A stretch of 63,639 bases of DNA, the filler included, from Folioceros fuciformis (Eukaryota), in assembly GCA_049999805.1 (NCBI GenBank). It is 10 parts of 10 records of this genome, joined end to end, with 100 filler letters (N's around TTAATTAATTAA, not from the genome) between each part and the next. Parts side by side here need not be neighbours in the genome. Positions count along the whole stretch, not along the records: positions 9,529 to 16,605 come from JBNGIO010001562.1; positions 16,706 to 34,872 come from JBNGIO010001563.1; 8 more parts are not named here. The stretch is one strand, 5' to 3'. Under the pieces are notes generated by a model that saw nothing but the letters and a program-made list of their open reading frames with translations, did not search any database and had not been told where the DNA came from. The position numbers and the translations under genes were made by a program. How positions within the stretch are numbered: position 1 is the stretch's first letter; every line of letters begins with the position of its first letter. Of the stretch, positions 12,404 through 26,379 are shown piece by piece.

Positions 12404-14287
12404 ATGGCGACCTGCCTACGGATTGCCTTCGATTTGGACGCCGAACTTCTCCGATATCCAGCTGCAGTTCTGTGGCTGCTAGGCGCGCCGTGGCAGCCGC
12501 TCCTGATTTTGGCACCTTTGCGCTGTCAGCACTTCCTTGCACCTCTGGTCCCGGACGTGAGTGCTGAGGTTGAGGAATTGCGAGTTCTGGTGCCCTCAGG
12601 ATTGGAGGTGGTGGGCGCTCTGGTGGTAGGCGGATCGGAAGCAGATGATACACTTCGGAGAGCTGCCAAGGCGGCCTTGAGCATCAGGGCCAAGCTGGGA
12701 TTACGGGAGGGCAGCCCTAGCCATGTAGTCGCTGGATTCGGCTCCAGGATCGGGGAACGGTGGAATTTCGTCCACAGATTGTATGATGCCGGACTGGCTT
12801 CGGTTGTCGACTGTTTGCAGGTTTTGAATGGTGGTGGCAATTTGGGAGATGAATTTTGGAAGGCTACACGGCTTCTGCGGTGCCAGATGCAGCTCAATCT
12901 GGATTTGTACCTTCCAGACGCTTGTAGTGCGTCAGACTACGATGAGCAGGTTGGTAAAGCGCTGACAGAGGTTGTAGCAGATCTGAAGAGTGGGAGAACT
13001 CTTTTTTTGATTGAGAATTTCCCGCAGGGAGGGAATGTGCTGGTTGAACCACATAAGTATCAAGGGTCCGCGGGGCTTGATGGTGGGAAGGAGGACCCAG
13101 TACGGAATAGCCACGACAGCATCCCATACTTTGGCTCAGGCCAGGTGGTCACGGTTGGCTCTGGTGTTAGGGTATCTGTGCCGGTGTCTTTCACTCCGCT
13201 TATAAGGCAAAGCAGTGCTGGAAAGAAGATTGAGGCCCCTCTCTTGCAGTACCTGCCAGCGAGAGGTACCGTGACGTTGCTGCCTTTGAACCTGGACTTG
13301 CTTTGTGTGGAGAGCGTTGGTGCTTTGCTGTCTCATGCAGTGGCTGAGCTAGTGCTGCCTGCATTGTGCAACCAGCTGGTGGCTATGCAGAAGGTATGTG
13401 CAAGAAACGCCATGCTGAATCCCAAGGTCGCTGCCTACCACTTCTGGCCAGAGGGCTTTCTGCATCCAGTGACTGGCTTGTACGATTTGAGCTACGGGGA
13501 AACTGAGCTGGGGCAAGTGGAACAGAGGAAGAAGCTGCATGAGCGGCTTGGGTTGCCTTCGGACAGGCCCTTACTTCGTGTGGCAAATGCCCTGGACTTC
13601 ACTGTTCCCGATGCCGTTCGATCCTCCAGAGCCACGCGATTGAGAGATGTTCATGCAGCTGCGACGGCCTCTCCTGTGAAAGGCGGGACCAAGAGTTTTG
13701 TCCAAGGCTCATATGAGTACTTCCATTACCTTCAGGATCATATTGATGACAACGGGTGGGGCTGTGCGTATCGTTCATTGCAAACTATAGTCTCCTGGTT
13801 TAAGTTGCAGCAGTATACATCTCTTGACGTTCCCTCGCACCGAGAAATACAGGAGATTCTAGTGGATATTGGAGATAAGGAGCGTTCCTTTGTTGGGTCG
13901 AGGGAATGGATCGGGGCCATTGAGCTAAGTTTTGTTCTCGATAAGCTTCTAGGTGTCTCTTCAAAGATACTGAATGTGAACTCGGGGGCAGAACTTCCAG
14001 AAAAGTGCAGGGAGTTGGCGTTGCATTTTAAGACTCAGGGAACGCCTATCATGATAGGTGGGGGTGTGCTTGCCTACACACTGTTGGGGATCGACTTCAA
14101 CGAGTTCACTGGGGAAAGTGCCTTTCTCATATTGGATCCCCACTACACCGGAGGAGATGATTGGAAGCCCATCATCAGTGGGGGATGGTGTGGATGGAAG
14201 AAGGCTGTGTCGGACTCGGGTGAGGAGTTTTTCTTGCGGAACAAGTTTTACAACCTTTTGCTTCCTCAGCGCCCTATTACTGTATGA
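12404..14287 (+). CDS. UFSP: Ufm1-specific protease (peptidase C78), single exon
   Basis: 627-aa ORF with YFHYLQDHIDDNGWGCAYRSLQTIVSW (catalytic Cys) and LILDPHYTG (Asp/His). Confidence 0.95.
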   Translation: MATCLRIAFDLDAELLRYPAAVLWLLGAPWQPLLILAPLRCQHFLAPLVPDVSAEVEELRVLVPSGLEVVGALVVGGSEADDTLRRAAKAALSIRAKLGLREGSPSHVVAGFGSRIGERWNFVHRLYDAGLASVVDCLQVLNGGGNLGDEFWKATRLLRCQMQLNLDLYLPDACSASDYDEQVGKALTEVVADLKSGRTLFLIENFPQGGNVLVEPHKYQGSAGLDGGKEDPVRNSHDSIPYFGSGQVVTVGSGVRVSVPVSFTPLIRQSSAGKKIEAPLLQYLPARGTVTLLPLNLDLLCVESVGALLSHAVAELVLPALCNQLVAMQKVCARNAMLNPKVAAYHFWPEGFLHPVTGLYDLSYGETELGQVEQRKKLHERLGLPSDRPLLRVANALDFTVPDAVRSSRATRLRDVHAAATASPVKGGTKSFVQGSYEYFHYLQDHIDDNGWGCAYRSLQTIVSWFKLQQYTSLDVPSHREIQEILVDIGDKERSFVGSREWIGAIELSFVLDKLLGVSSKILNVNSGAELPEKCRELALHFKTQGTPIMIGGGVLAYTLLGIDFNEFTGESAFLILDPHYTGGDDWKPIISGGWCGWKKAVSDSGEEFFLRNKFYNLLLPQRPITV

Positions 14288-14901
14288 GTTGAGGTCACTG
14301 CAATGGTCTCTGCACAACTCAGGTAGAGGTCCTCGACTTCATAACCGAGCTCTTTCAGTTCTGTTGGTCACATGTTTCACTCCGGGTACTCAGACTAAAG
14401 CAACAGTTTGCCCCATAATACTGCAGCACCCCGTAATGTGGATAAGAGAGCTGAAAATGTCTTTCTCGCTAGTGGGGCCAAGACTCTTGTGACCCTGGAG
14501 GAAAAGACGACTTCTGCGCATCAGTTCCAAGAAGATCCCTTTTTTTAACTAAGAGTACAGAAATCTTGGCCTTTCCGGCCAATCTGGTGAAATCAAATCA
14601 TTTTGAAAGAGCAGGAATTTGTCGAATTCTGCACCTTCGCTAACAAGCCTCCGCTGACACTATTCAGCGGCAGCTGACGCATCTCTACTATTAACAATAA
14701 TGTACATCCTTCGTGACGTGACAGCTGAGACACTTTTTCCCATGCGGGTACTTCGTGTCCTCACAAATAGTCCTACACTGGAATGAATGACATTGAATAA
14801 CATGTACTGCTAAAGAGGAGAGACGGCAACAAGACAGTGATTGTTCTTCCTGCCAAGAAAGGTCACCTACTAGTACAGTGCTGCAGAGGCAACATCTTAT
14901 G

Positions 14902-16605
14902 TTATGTATAGTTCTCATGCTTCACTTTGGCCTTGAGTATACTCGGTACTGGCGGAGATGTCGAGCCTTTGTTGAAAGAAGAGTACGGACCTCCATAAGC
15001 AGCCCTCGGCGTGTGATTGCATGCATGAGGAAACAAGTTAGAAACAGGGGATGCCTCTTCCTCGTATGGGCCGTCCAGGCCATCCTCCGAGTCCACACGC
15101 CCAATCCCCTCAGGACTGCCCGCGTGCTCACAAAAATTCATGGACTTCAGCACGTATGCATCATCGTGAAGCTCGAATGGAGTACTGCAATGCCCAAAAG
15201 AGAGACAGGGTTCAATCTCACAAAACACTATAGATCCCTTCCAGAATCCCATCACGAAACATACTCTCCCGGCAAGGTGTAGTACCAGAAATGGAGATCT
15301 GGGTGTAGTACCAGAGATGGATCCAGGCGGGAAACCAACCTGTTGAAATCAAAGTGTACAAGCTGCATGTCCTCGGATATCTCCACTTCCACTGTGGCCT
15401 GTGGCCGAGTCTGTGAGCAAGATAAACACCGTCAACTGGAGCACAAGGTACAATTTAATTACTCAAATACATGTCACTAGGAAACAGTACTTGGACGAGA
15501 ATAAATGGCAACGCAACTCCTCCAGCAGGAAAATTTCCAGTGCCGTTATATAATCTCTCATTCCGCTGTACAAGGTTCTGAATACCTATAATCTGCAGGG
15601 CGAACCACAAAGACGTTCAACATAAACCATTGTGCATGATACCATCGCAACCGCATATTGCTTGCTGCATACACACTCTGAACAATGCATGGTAAGGACT
15701 GAAGGGAGAAGCCCAGCACGGACAGGACCTTTATTCCAATAGTGTTCGGGATTGTCATATACCTGTTCTTCTAACTCCTGCAAGTAAGCTGCTTTCTTCT
15801 CTATCCTGCTCCTGACTCGGATTCGCTCAGCCTGTGAAGTTCATGTAGATTCAGTAAGGTCTACAAGGAATCCCGTGAAGAGCTTGTTAACACAGCTGAA
15901 CAATCTGAGAAGCGAAAACTGAAATACACCGTACCTTCAGCTGTTCAATGTCATTGACACTTGTACTGGGCAAACCCTTCCATTGAATTTCCTTTTTCTC
16001 CTTGGAGATGATCTCCACCGCCATGAGCACATTGAGTGCATCATAGACCCTTCGCCTGATGTTCTTCTCATCATATTGTTGCTGGACAGGACACAGACAT
16101 CGACATGAAACACCTGCATGCGAGGGGAGTACATGTAGCAAACACACTACTACGGGACAAACAAAAACCCGTCTTCTACTTCCCATGGTGAACGAGCTCT
16201 GGGGTCGTAAAACATGTAGCCTGCAAAGACTACCCTTGACCGCATAAGTGACGAAGACAGACCTGGTCAGGAGATACCAGCATACTATCTGGATTGGCAA
16301 ATTCGGCCACCAGCTCATCCGCAACCTGCAGAGAACACACTCACCGAATCAGCATCCCCTGCCAATTCTCTCCACCACCCAGGTCACGGAAGATACATCT
16401 CAACACTTGCCTCGTTGTACGAAGTACGACCTTTGCTCTCTACCTTCTCGCAAACTAGAAGCACAAAAGCGCATCCAAGTTTCGTTAGGGTATAGCAAGT
16501 ACGCAAAGGCTCAGCCCGAAGCCAGTCACTGAGTAACATAAAGCAAAGGCAACGAAGAGCAGAGATCCGCTACTACCTTTCATGCTAAAATGGCGAAGCC
16601 CTTTC
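14902..16605 (-). CDS. DP: E2F dimerization partner (DP) transcription factor; multi-exon, 5' partial
   Basis: [36 protein letters not shown] box [38 protein letters not shown] and TPFELHDD. Confidence 0.94.
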
Positions 16606-16705
16606 NNNNNNNNNNNNNNNNNNNNNNNNNNNNNNNNNNNNNNNNNNNNTTAATTAATTAANNNNNNNNNNNNNNNNNNNNNNNNNNNNNNNNNNNNNNN
16701 NNNNN

Positions 16706-19700
16706 AGTTAAACTCACACCTGCTCAACAACGAGAGGAGGAAGAGAAATTGAAAAAGAAAGAAGTAGAACTACAAGCAAAGGCAAAGGTTGAAGAAGAAA
16801 AACGATTGAAAGAGCTTGAACAAAAGCGAATTGACGATGAAAAAAGAGCAAAAGAACTGGAAATTAAAAGGAAACAAGAAGAGGAGCGACAAAGGATCCA
16901 TGCAAAAAAGAGGAGAGCATCGCTGTTAAATAAAGCAGTGTTTCAGATTACGTTCTTGTGCATTGAGGAGGAATTTGAAAGTCGAGCCATTGATTTCCTT
17001 CAAGCAGCGTTTAAGGTGAATATATTTCAAATCTAAGTATTTAGCTGAGAAAGTGGAGTTTTAATGTGATTAATTTTTTCTGAATGTAAGCTCACATATA
17101 AGCATGAATCCTGATTTCCAACTTGTTCAATGAAGCTAGAGAAGAAAGAGTTTTGCATGGTTGAGCTGCCGTACACCTCTGTATTTATCCCTCTACTTCA
17201 TTATTTTACAAAGATATCCTTGCGAAATAGCAGCAAAGAAACCCCTCCTCAACCGTTGTATGATCGAGCGATTTATTTGATGCACAAAGGAGCAGTTGCC
17301 TCAGTTAATCTCATTACCTGCTTGCATATTAGGAACATAGCTTTTGTTTTTGCAACCAAGTTGATCTTCTAGAAGATGGATTGCAGCATTTTTCATCCTT
17401 GAGTGCTAAGTAGCACTCGTTGTTGACAGGGGTTTGAGATACGGCCAGCAAAATCCATAGACGCCAATGGAATAGGGGAGCTGGTGGACGATTTTGTCGA
17501 TGGGCGAAGCATAGTTGAATCCATACACTACCCAAAAGAAGGATGTAAGTGGAGAGTGAGACGATACGAGGGCACAGAGTGAGATGTTCGTAATTCAACG
17601 ATTTGGTGAAATTTCGTTTGCTGCAGGCATACATATGGTGGCTACGTTGTCGACTCAGATCGTGGGGTACGCAATGCTTGAAGAATCTGCTCCCGTGGAT
17701 GCCTTGTTCAGTCACTTCAACCTGGCATCCTTTCTCACACGGGAAGACCATCCTGATGGTGCTCATGCCATCATCATCCTGTTTGTTTTGAATCCCATCT
17801 TTCGGTACAAGAGGAAGTTCTTCCTGCGAGAGATCATGCAGCAGACTGGGAAGACTGTCCTGTACTATCCCATGTTTGCCAACCAAGAGCTCCCAGACGT
17901 ACTGGATGATTTGTTCTTGTTGTCTGGGAGGCAGCATGAGCAGATGGCACCTTCTTGCATCTGGGGCAAGATACCCATCAAGTCTACAAGAGCCTTATCA
18001 CACTCTGAACTCCCTCGTCCCCAGAGAAAAACCAGTCTTATAGCTGGGATTCAACCGGGATCTGGTGAGCACAGAGGTCCCAGACAAGCGCGCGGGCAGT
18101 TTCAAGGCTTCGACTGCGCCCTTTACTGCACCACTCATAGGCTCAATTGCCAAACCCGAGCTCTGGTGAGTGCCCAGATCGTTGTCGTTGGAGCTTCTCG
18201 AACCGCAGCTGCGTTCCTGCATAGGTTACTGGCGGACCGTCAGCTGCAGTTCGCAAATCTGACACTCATCTCATCCAAAGGGTTACAAGCCCTGTCATCC
18301 TCAGTGTCGTCCTCCTTTGATATGGATCCGGGTCCAGGTGAGAGTTTCTACAAGTTGGGGATAGACTGCCAGGTGAATGTGATCACAGCATCGGTTGTGA
18401 AAATGGACAGGGAGAATCGGCACGTGCTCCTGTCCACCGGAAGGTATGTTCCCTTTGATTATCTCATTCTCACGACCGGAGTGCAAGATCAAACCAAGTA
18501 TAAGATCAAACAGGCTGGGGACTGCAAGTACGTTGTTCGAGCTGAAGACCTGTCTGTCCTGGAAAGTTCCTTGGGCGGAGACAGACTGGCTCCTGAGGGC
18601 GAGCTTGTCGTGCTGTATGGATTCTCTTTGGAGGCCTTCAATGTCATGCATATGCTGCTTAGGAGAGGAATCGAAGGCAAGAACATCATTCTCATATGCC
18701 CCGAAACCAAGGCACTTGTAGAACTGGCAGGAGCTTGCTTTGGCGATCCAGCCATCGGCAAACTCGTCATGGATAGAGTACAACAAGCAGGGGTGGTGTG
18801 TAAAACCAACTGGTTACTAACCAGCTTCCAGGTGAACATGGGAGACGGGAAACTGGAAAGCCTCACATTCGAAAGTATCGTGAAGAAAGAGGAAGTTCAA
18901 ACTGACGACGAGGACGACGTGGTGAGCAGAAGCTCAAGGTCCACCAAAAGCTCCATCTCCACGACTCCGGAAGGCCCACCTCCAGAAATCTATGTCCAGG
19001 CATGCACGATGCTGATCACCTGTGACAAGAAGCATGTTGACTTCCCTCTGTTCCAGAGTATTAACCAGGTACCCGCCTCGCTCTTTCCACGAAGCTCTTC
19101 CCCATAAAACAAGTCACCAGCAAGTGGCAGATAACTTACCTCCATCTGCTACAGGCAAGCATAATCTACGATGGTAGGATCGTGGTGGATGGAAGATTCC
19201 AGACAGTGGATCCTAACATTTTCGCAGCGGGGAGTGTGAGCAAATTCAGCCGTCATTGCGGAGATATTCCTAAGCTGGAGCACAACAACTCCTTGGAAGT
19301 GGGTGTGGCCCTGGCCGATTCCGTCCTGTCCAGATTTGCGCACTACATCCCTCCTCCTGCAATTGTGTGCCCTAGCTTGCCAGCGCTGTGTCCAGGGCCA
19401 GCAGCACCACAGACAGATTCTGCAGCAACGGCATCACCGAAATGGCCATGCGGAGCTGTCCCATCACTGTCTCGGGCCAAAGGCGTGGGCGGGCTCCTGC
19501 CCGGGGGACTGTGGTACTTTTGCATCAGTGCGCCGGAGTGTTTCACGAGGCAGTGGGAGGTGGTGAAATGTGAGCACACGTTGGCGTCGCAGGTCAGTGA
19601 CTGCTACTTCCGTATGGACCTGGTGGAGAGCAACCAGGTTGGCAGGATCGTTTACTGTGGATCCAAGAAGCTTGAGGCATGGAAAATGCTCCGGATCGTG

Positions 19701-20046
19701 GGCTTGTCGGAATACCTGCTGAATTTCCTGGTAAAGAGGTAAGTTCACACGGGCTTCCATGGATTAATTTTGTGACTTCCTTTTCAAGACAGTCACGCTT
19801 CACTGACAGAGTATCACTGTTGTGCACAGAGCTCCGCCAGTGCAGGATGTCCCACAGTACCTTCTCCAGCCTTGGGCTGCTGCATTATTTCATAACAGCT
19901 TCCTGCCGTTTTACAACGAGCTTCTGCAACAACTGGTGAGCCAGGAGGAGCAGGACAAAAGGACAGTCGCCAGGACTGTTAGAAAAGAATTTCTCAAGTT
20001 TATCAAGCTGCACAAATCCGATTTTCCCATGTACCGTGATTCCTAG
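16706..20046 (+). CDS. CFAP61: Cilia- and flagella-associated protein 61 homolog; multi-exon, 5' partial
   Basis: FQITFLCIEEEFESRAIDFLQAAF, FVLNPIFRYKRKFFLREIM, IVVVGAS, FDYLILTTG and DGRIVVDGRFQTVDPNIFAAG match the CFAP61 architecture with its C-terminal Rossmann-like region. Confidence 0.85.
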
Positions 20047-20344
20047 AATCCCAGGTACAGGACACTACCAGGCTACTTTTGAAAGAGTGGATCCTGGCAA
20101 CAGGGAACCAGAAGAGACAACGACCTCTTGCAGTCCAACAGACTGATATTTTGTCCCCACCGCCGCCACCGCCTTCATAACACGAGCTACGTATGCATCT
20201 AAATATGTAAATACAAGCTCAAGATGGAATGACCACCGAAGCAAGGAAACGTCTCACTTCCACGCGGCGAGTTGCAGGGAAGAGCAGAGAAACGAAAAGA
20301 TACAATGGAGAAATACTTTGAGTGCACACATTCCCCTCCGTGCG

Positions 20345-22229
20345 TCAGTCACTCATGTAATCGAAACTTGCACCCAGAAGCTGATCGAGATCTTGGTCAA
20401 GGTCCCAGCCAGCTGCCTTTGCAATAGCTTGCATCCTCTCAGCGTCGACAGCTTGTGACGTGGTCAGCTCTGAAACGGCTGACCCGCCATGATCAGGCAA
20501 CTTGTTCGATCCTGCTGGCCCAGCAGATGAGGATACAGCCTCAGTGGTGGAGCCGGAGTATCCTCCTTCAAGAGATTGGACACGATCAACGACGGCTGGC
20601 AGGAAAAACATGGCACTCCGGAGTTAGCATAGCATCGTGCTTGTACGCATGATGAAGCGCTATATTTAGTACTCCAATCCCCGAGCCAGGCCTCACCTGT
20701 TTCGGAAGATTTCTTGACTCGGGCCACCGTGTTTGGAACGTGCACAGTCCCCCTTTTTAACACCTGCGCTCACATAAACCGAAAAACTATCAGCATTTCT
20801 TGGACATTTGGACACGAAAATCCTTGACAAACACTTCAATCGAAGCCATGTTGTAAGTTCAGTCACAACAAAGCAAACATAAAAAAGAGGTAAAGAAATG
20901 CAAGAACAGAAATGCGAAGAGAGTACAGAAATGCTCAGAACAAAACTTCAGGGTCTGGCGAGGACAACCTGAACCACATTTGCGACAGTTATGTTGAGAT
21001 ATCGCGCTCTTTGTGTAGGGCGGAAGACGGCCACCTGCTCACCAATTGCAGCAGTGTGCCTGCCTCCTTAGAGCATTGCCTGAACGTATTGAAAGAGCAG
21101 GACTATTTCAGACAACCACAGCATGGCCACATGCTCGGCGTGGCACGGCAAATCAAACACACAAACGGGAGAAGGCGCGGACGAATACTCACATCCTTAA
21201 GAACCATAACGGTTCCCACCTCTATATCCTTGCCGAAGGATGGCTCCCTTAACACCTTCCTATGTATTGTACCGCTGATTTGTCCAGTAGGATCCTGCAT
21301 CAGCAACCCATGCCACAGTGTTCATCCATTCAATACCACTGCCAACAGACCGAAGCCTGAAAAAACCTTCCAGAGAAGCAGCCCACCTTCAGGGTAACAG
21401 CGGCGTCACCCCAGCCGTTCGGGGTGAAAGTCTCGACAATAGCAACCAGCTGAACAAGCAAATACATATCAATGCCAGCTAAGAAGCAAGCTGCCAACGG
21501 CCCCAACGGTGCACAATGAACTAGCACCCTCACTTTAGAAACACGCCCTTCGAAGTTCAAATCCAAAATTTCTTCCACAGTAAATCCATCACAATCCACA
21601 GCCTTCACAGCTCGCACCCAATGATCTCCCGCAAAATCATCATCTCCCTCACCCGAAGTCATCTCTCCACATAGGTTGGAGTCCTTCTTCCCGGAGACAC
21701 TGTCGTAGCCCATACCTGTGGCCAAAGCCTTCTGCACGGCCCGCGCTGGACCTGGAATGGTGTAAGGAAGGGTGGGAGGTGGAGGCTCCGATGGGGCTGG
21801 CAATGCCGGTGCTGGTGGCCTAGCAAGCTGCAAGGAACCCCGCTGTGGAGGCTCCGAAGGAGCTGACAAAGCAGGTACTGGAACCCTCGCAACCTGCAAT
21901 CCACCCCGCTGTCTTCCATCAAGACTGCCATGTCCAACCCCGACTCTCCGACCCCATCCAAAATCCGGCGACCCCTGCCTGCCCGGGCTGCTCCGAGACG
22001 CCTGACTGATGACATCACGCTGCTCAGGAAGCCGCACCGACAAGTCTCGAACCTCCGATCTCTTGAGCTTGCTCCACAGAGCAGCCGAGTCGTCCACCCG
22101 CGTGCAAGGCCTCAGCGGGGGCTCGGAGCCAGCAGACCTGCTGCCCTCTCGTACAGAGCCAGAACTCCCTTCAAGGATTTGGAGAATGTCGGAATCGTCG
22201 ATCTCGAGCCCGTCATCGCACGTATCCAT
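20345..22229 (-). CDS. HROB: Homologous recombination OB-fold protein (HROB/MCM8IP, DUF4539); multi-exon
   Basis: IPGPAR, VTLK|DPTGQISGTIHRKVL...IEVGTVMVLKD|VAVFRP...YLNITVANVVQ. The 3' exon structure is inferred. Confidence 0.8.
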
Positions 22230-22631
22230 GTCACAGACCAATCCGCTCCGTGGACCGCCCTGAAATTGCTGCCGAACCTCTCCAGATCAAATGAAAAACA
22301 CGTAACACGGAGAGCAATATTCACGGTGTGAACGTGCTTCGTGAAACTGGAGTTGGATTTTCCTTTGAAGGAGCTCTTAGGGTGATCGCCACCGCCTTCA
22401 TCCGGGTAGCGCCCTGTTGTGTTGGTTGAGGTTCTCACAATCCGGATCCGGTGGGGAATTCTCGTGGCAAGATTGCTTCTTGTTGACCATTATTTGTCGG
22501 AATCGCGTTTTGTTAGCGCAAAAGGTAAGGGTTTCTGCTCACGTTGCTTTGCATCTGGAGCAAGCGCGATTGCGCGTCACCCGTGCCGGTGAATTTCATC
22601 TCTTTTTTTGTGCAGGCGGGAGGGGAGTGGC

Positions 22632-23111
22632 ATGGCGGGTCGCATGGCTGCAATCCGGAAGGCTTTGGTCAGCCGTCACCACTCTGTTGCTCTCGCAGAA
22701 TTGCGTGCAGCAGAGTATCCTAGTTCCCGCGCTTTTCCGGCACCGCCTCTGCCTCAGTTGCCGCCGCAGCTGGCGTGGGCATGTCGTCTCCATCCGAGAA
22801 ACATGACAGATCACCCTGTTCTGCCACCTCCCGAGCCAGCGCCGCCTCCAGTTAATCCTGCGGAAGGCTACAATCCGCCTGAGAAGGAGATCCCGGACCC
22901 TGTTACCTTGGCGGAGCAGTGGCAGTATGCGATCAGGTTGTATAGCACGTTTAGCTCTCAGTCCTGGGCCCTGGCGATCCTCGCAGGATTGTCCACCTTT
23001 GCACTAGGCTGGGCAATCAAGGGCATCAACCCCCTGTCTTCTGGTGCAGGGAAGGATCCTGACCATGAGCATCAGGATGGGGAGAAACACCCTTCACAAG
23101 TTCCGGAGTAA
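22632..23111 (+). CDS. Conserved small plant membrane protein with a putative N-terminal targeting peptide
   Basis: Arg/Ala-rich N-terminus, then PDPVTLAEQWQYAIRLYS...WALAILAGLSTFALGWAIKGINPL, containing one hydrophobic segment. Confidence 0.7.
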   Translation: MAGRMAAIRKALVSRHHSVALAELRAAEYPSSRAFPAPPLPQLPPQLAWACRLHPRNMTDHPVLPPPEPAPPPVNPAEGYNPPEKEIPDPVTLAEQWQYAIRLYSTFSSQSWALAILAGLSTFALGWAIKGINPLSSGAGKDPDHEHQDGEKHPSQVPE

Positions 23112-23549
23112 CTTGTAACATCACCTTCTGCCTGTCATTCGTGGCCGTCACATGAGAGTGTCACATCAAAGATCACCGCAATGAGTTTACAACGGAATCG
23201 GAGAAGGAGGGTGCGCTGTGGGGGAACTCACAAGCTGTGTCCGAGATGACGGACGACTCTCCTCACATTTCAAAGGTTTCGATGGAATGCGATGATAAAA
23301 CCTTCATATTTGGGCAAATTGTGCTCTTTGCACCTACAGCCAGTTTCCTCTCCCCAGTATTCATGGCTTCCTTAGCATGGTCTGTAGGTCGTCATAACTT
23401 CCAAAGTCATCTTTGCTCTAGGACTACAAAATCGTGAAGGCCAGCAAAACAGTTTTTGCCCCTTGCGGACCAGCCTTCTGCTTGCTACTGCATCCTAGCT
23501 ATCAAATGGCACCTCAGCCTACAAAACTCAAGACTTTTCAGAACTGCCG

Positions 23550-24976
<1,427 letters not shown>

Positions 24977-25345
24977 CTTGAAGGAGCTCCGGATGCGGAC
25001 ACAAGCACAAGGACAAGGACACCTCCGATCCTCCTTGGCCTCCGTGAAGTGATAACAATCCCAAACAAAGTGACCGGAAAAGGCCTAGGTCTAGGTCACG
25101 TTTGGTGTCGGTAGGTGTGTGTCTAGGTCACACGTATCAACTTGAGCTAGGGTTAATTTTTCCTACATTAGCTACTTGGAAATATGATGGAGCAATAAGC
25201 AATATGCACTTGAATTTCATTGATGGCACAGCAAACAAAGCAAATCAGAGCTTGCAAAGTATATACGGACCAACATTTAAAAAAAAAAAATTATATATAT
25301 AAGTATTATAAAAATAGAACACCTAGTTTCTCGACCAAATATTCA

Positions 25346-25472
25346 ATATTATGTTATGATAAGCATTAGTTATTATTGATACTAGATGTTGTATTATAGT
25401 AAGTGTTAGTTATTATTGATACCCAATATTATGTTATGATAAGTGTTACTTAGTTAGTTAGTTAGTTAGTTA
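25346..25472. repeat. About 3 copies of a ~41-bp AT-rich tandem unit, plus a (TTAG)n microsatellite
   Basis: atattatgttatgataag...tattattgatac is reiterated and followed by ttagttagttagttagtt. Confidence 0.75.
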
Positions 25473-25594
25473 TAAATCGTAGCATACTTGTGTTTGAAGT
25501 ATTGTACATCTTTTTGAATTTTCTATCCTAAATATTTTTTTAATATTATTATTATTATAAAAATATATAATTGAATATGATATGGTAATCATTG

Positions 25595-25716
25595 TGAGCA
25601 TTGTGAGAATCGAACTCACGCCTCTAGGGTGTATTAGGAGGACTAGGAATTATGTACAACTAGTAATCCTCATAAATTACAAGAGCCCTAACATCCTACC
25701 ACTAGACCAAATGCCC
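25595..25716 (-). tRNA. Non-canonical intron-containing tRNA-like gene, copy 1 (apparent anticodon CTT; 49-nt insert at 25631-25679)
   Basis: GGGCATT-TG-GTCT-AGTGGTA-GGAT-G-TTAGGG-CT-CTT-G-[49 nt]-A-CCCTAG-AGGC-GTGAG-TTCGATT-CTCAC-AATGCTC-A. A and B boxes are intact and a T-run lies downstream. Amino-acid identity is uncertain. Confidence 0.75.
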
Positions 25717-26379
25717 ATTACTATGTTATGATAGATATTAACTATTACTGTATATGGTATCATACTTGTGCTTGGACCATTTTACATATTTTTTGATTGT
25801 CCAAGCACAAGAAAGGTTAACAATGCGTATAATCCTTGAAATATATATAGTCAATAAACACAAGACCTACAAAGGTTAGTGATGAGGTTAGTGATGAGGC
25901 TCCACATTAAAATAACACAAGGACTCATCATGTATTGAAAAGGGAGACAAGCTACTATACCGATTTGTTGGTGCCTTAACAACATAGTATGGAGTTGCAA
26001 AGCATAGAATATGCAAGCTCCTTCCTAAATTGATGTCTAACTTTTGAGTGGAGATGTGAATCCCAAAGAGCAGAGCTACTTGGGAGCTTGAAGTGTTTTG
26101 GATGTTATTTTTTTGATGTTATTTTCTATGTATAGCAGTAGATGTGTGAGAGCCCATAAGATTTAGCCTCTCTTTGTGGGGGAGAATGAAACTCCCACAC
26201 TAAGAGGCATAGGATCAGCCATCAACTTCCTCAGCCATGTAGAGATGCATGAAGCTTATAAATATGTATATATATATAGCTCACAGAAGGAAGAACTACA
26301 TAGGATCTCTTGTTGGTGGAGTGTTTAACACATCTATGAGTCTATTCTTGTATATATTATTTAAAAGTAATAATATATA

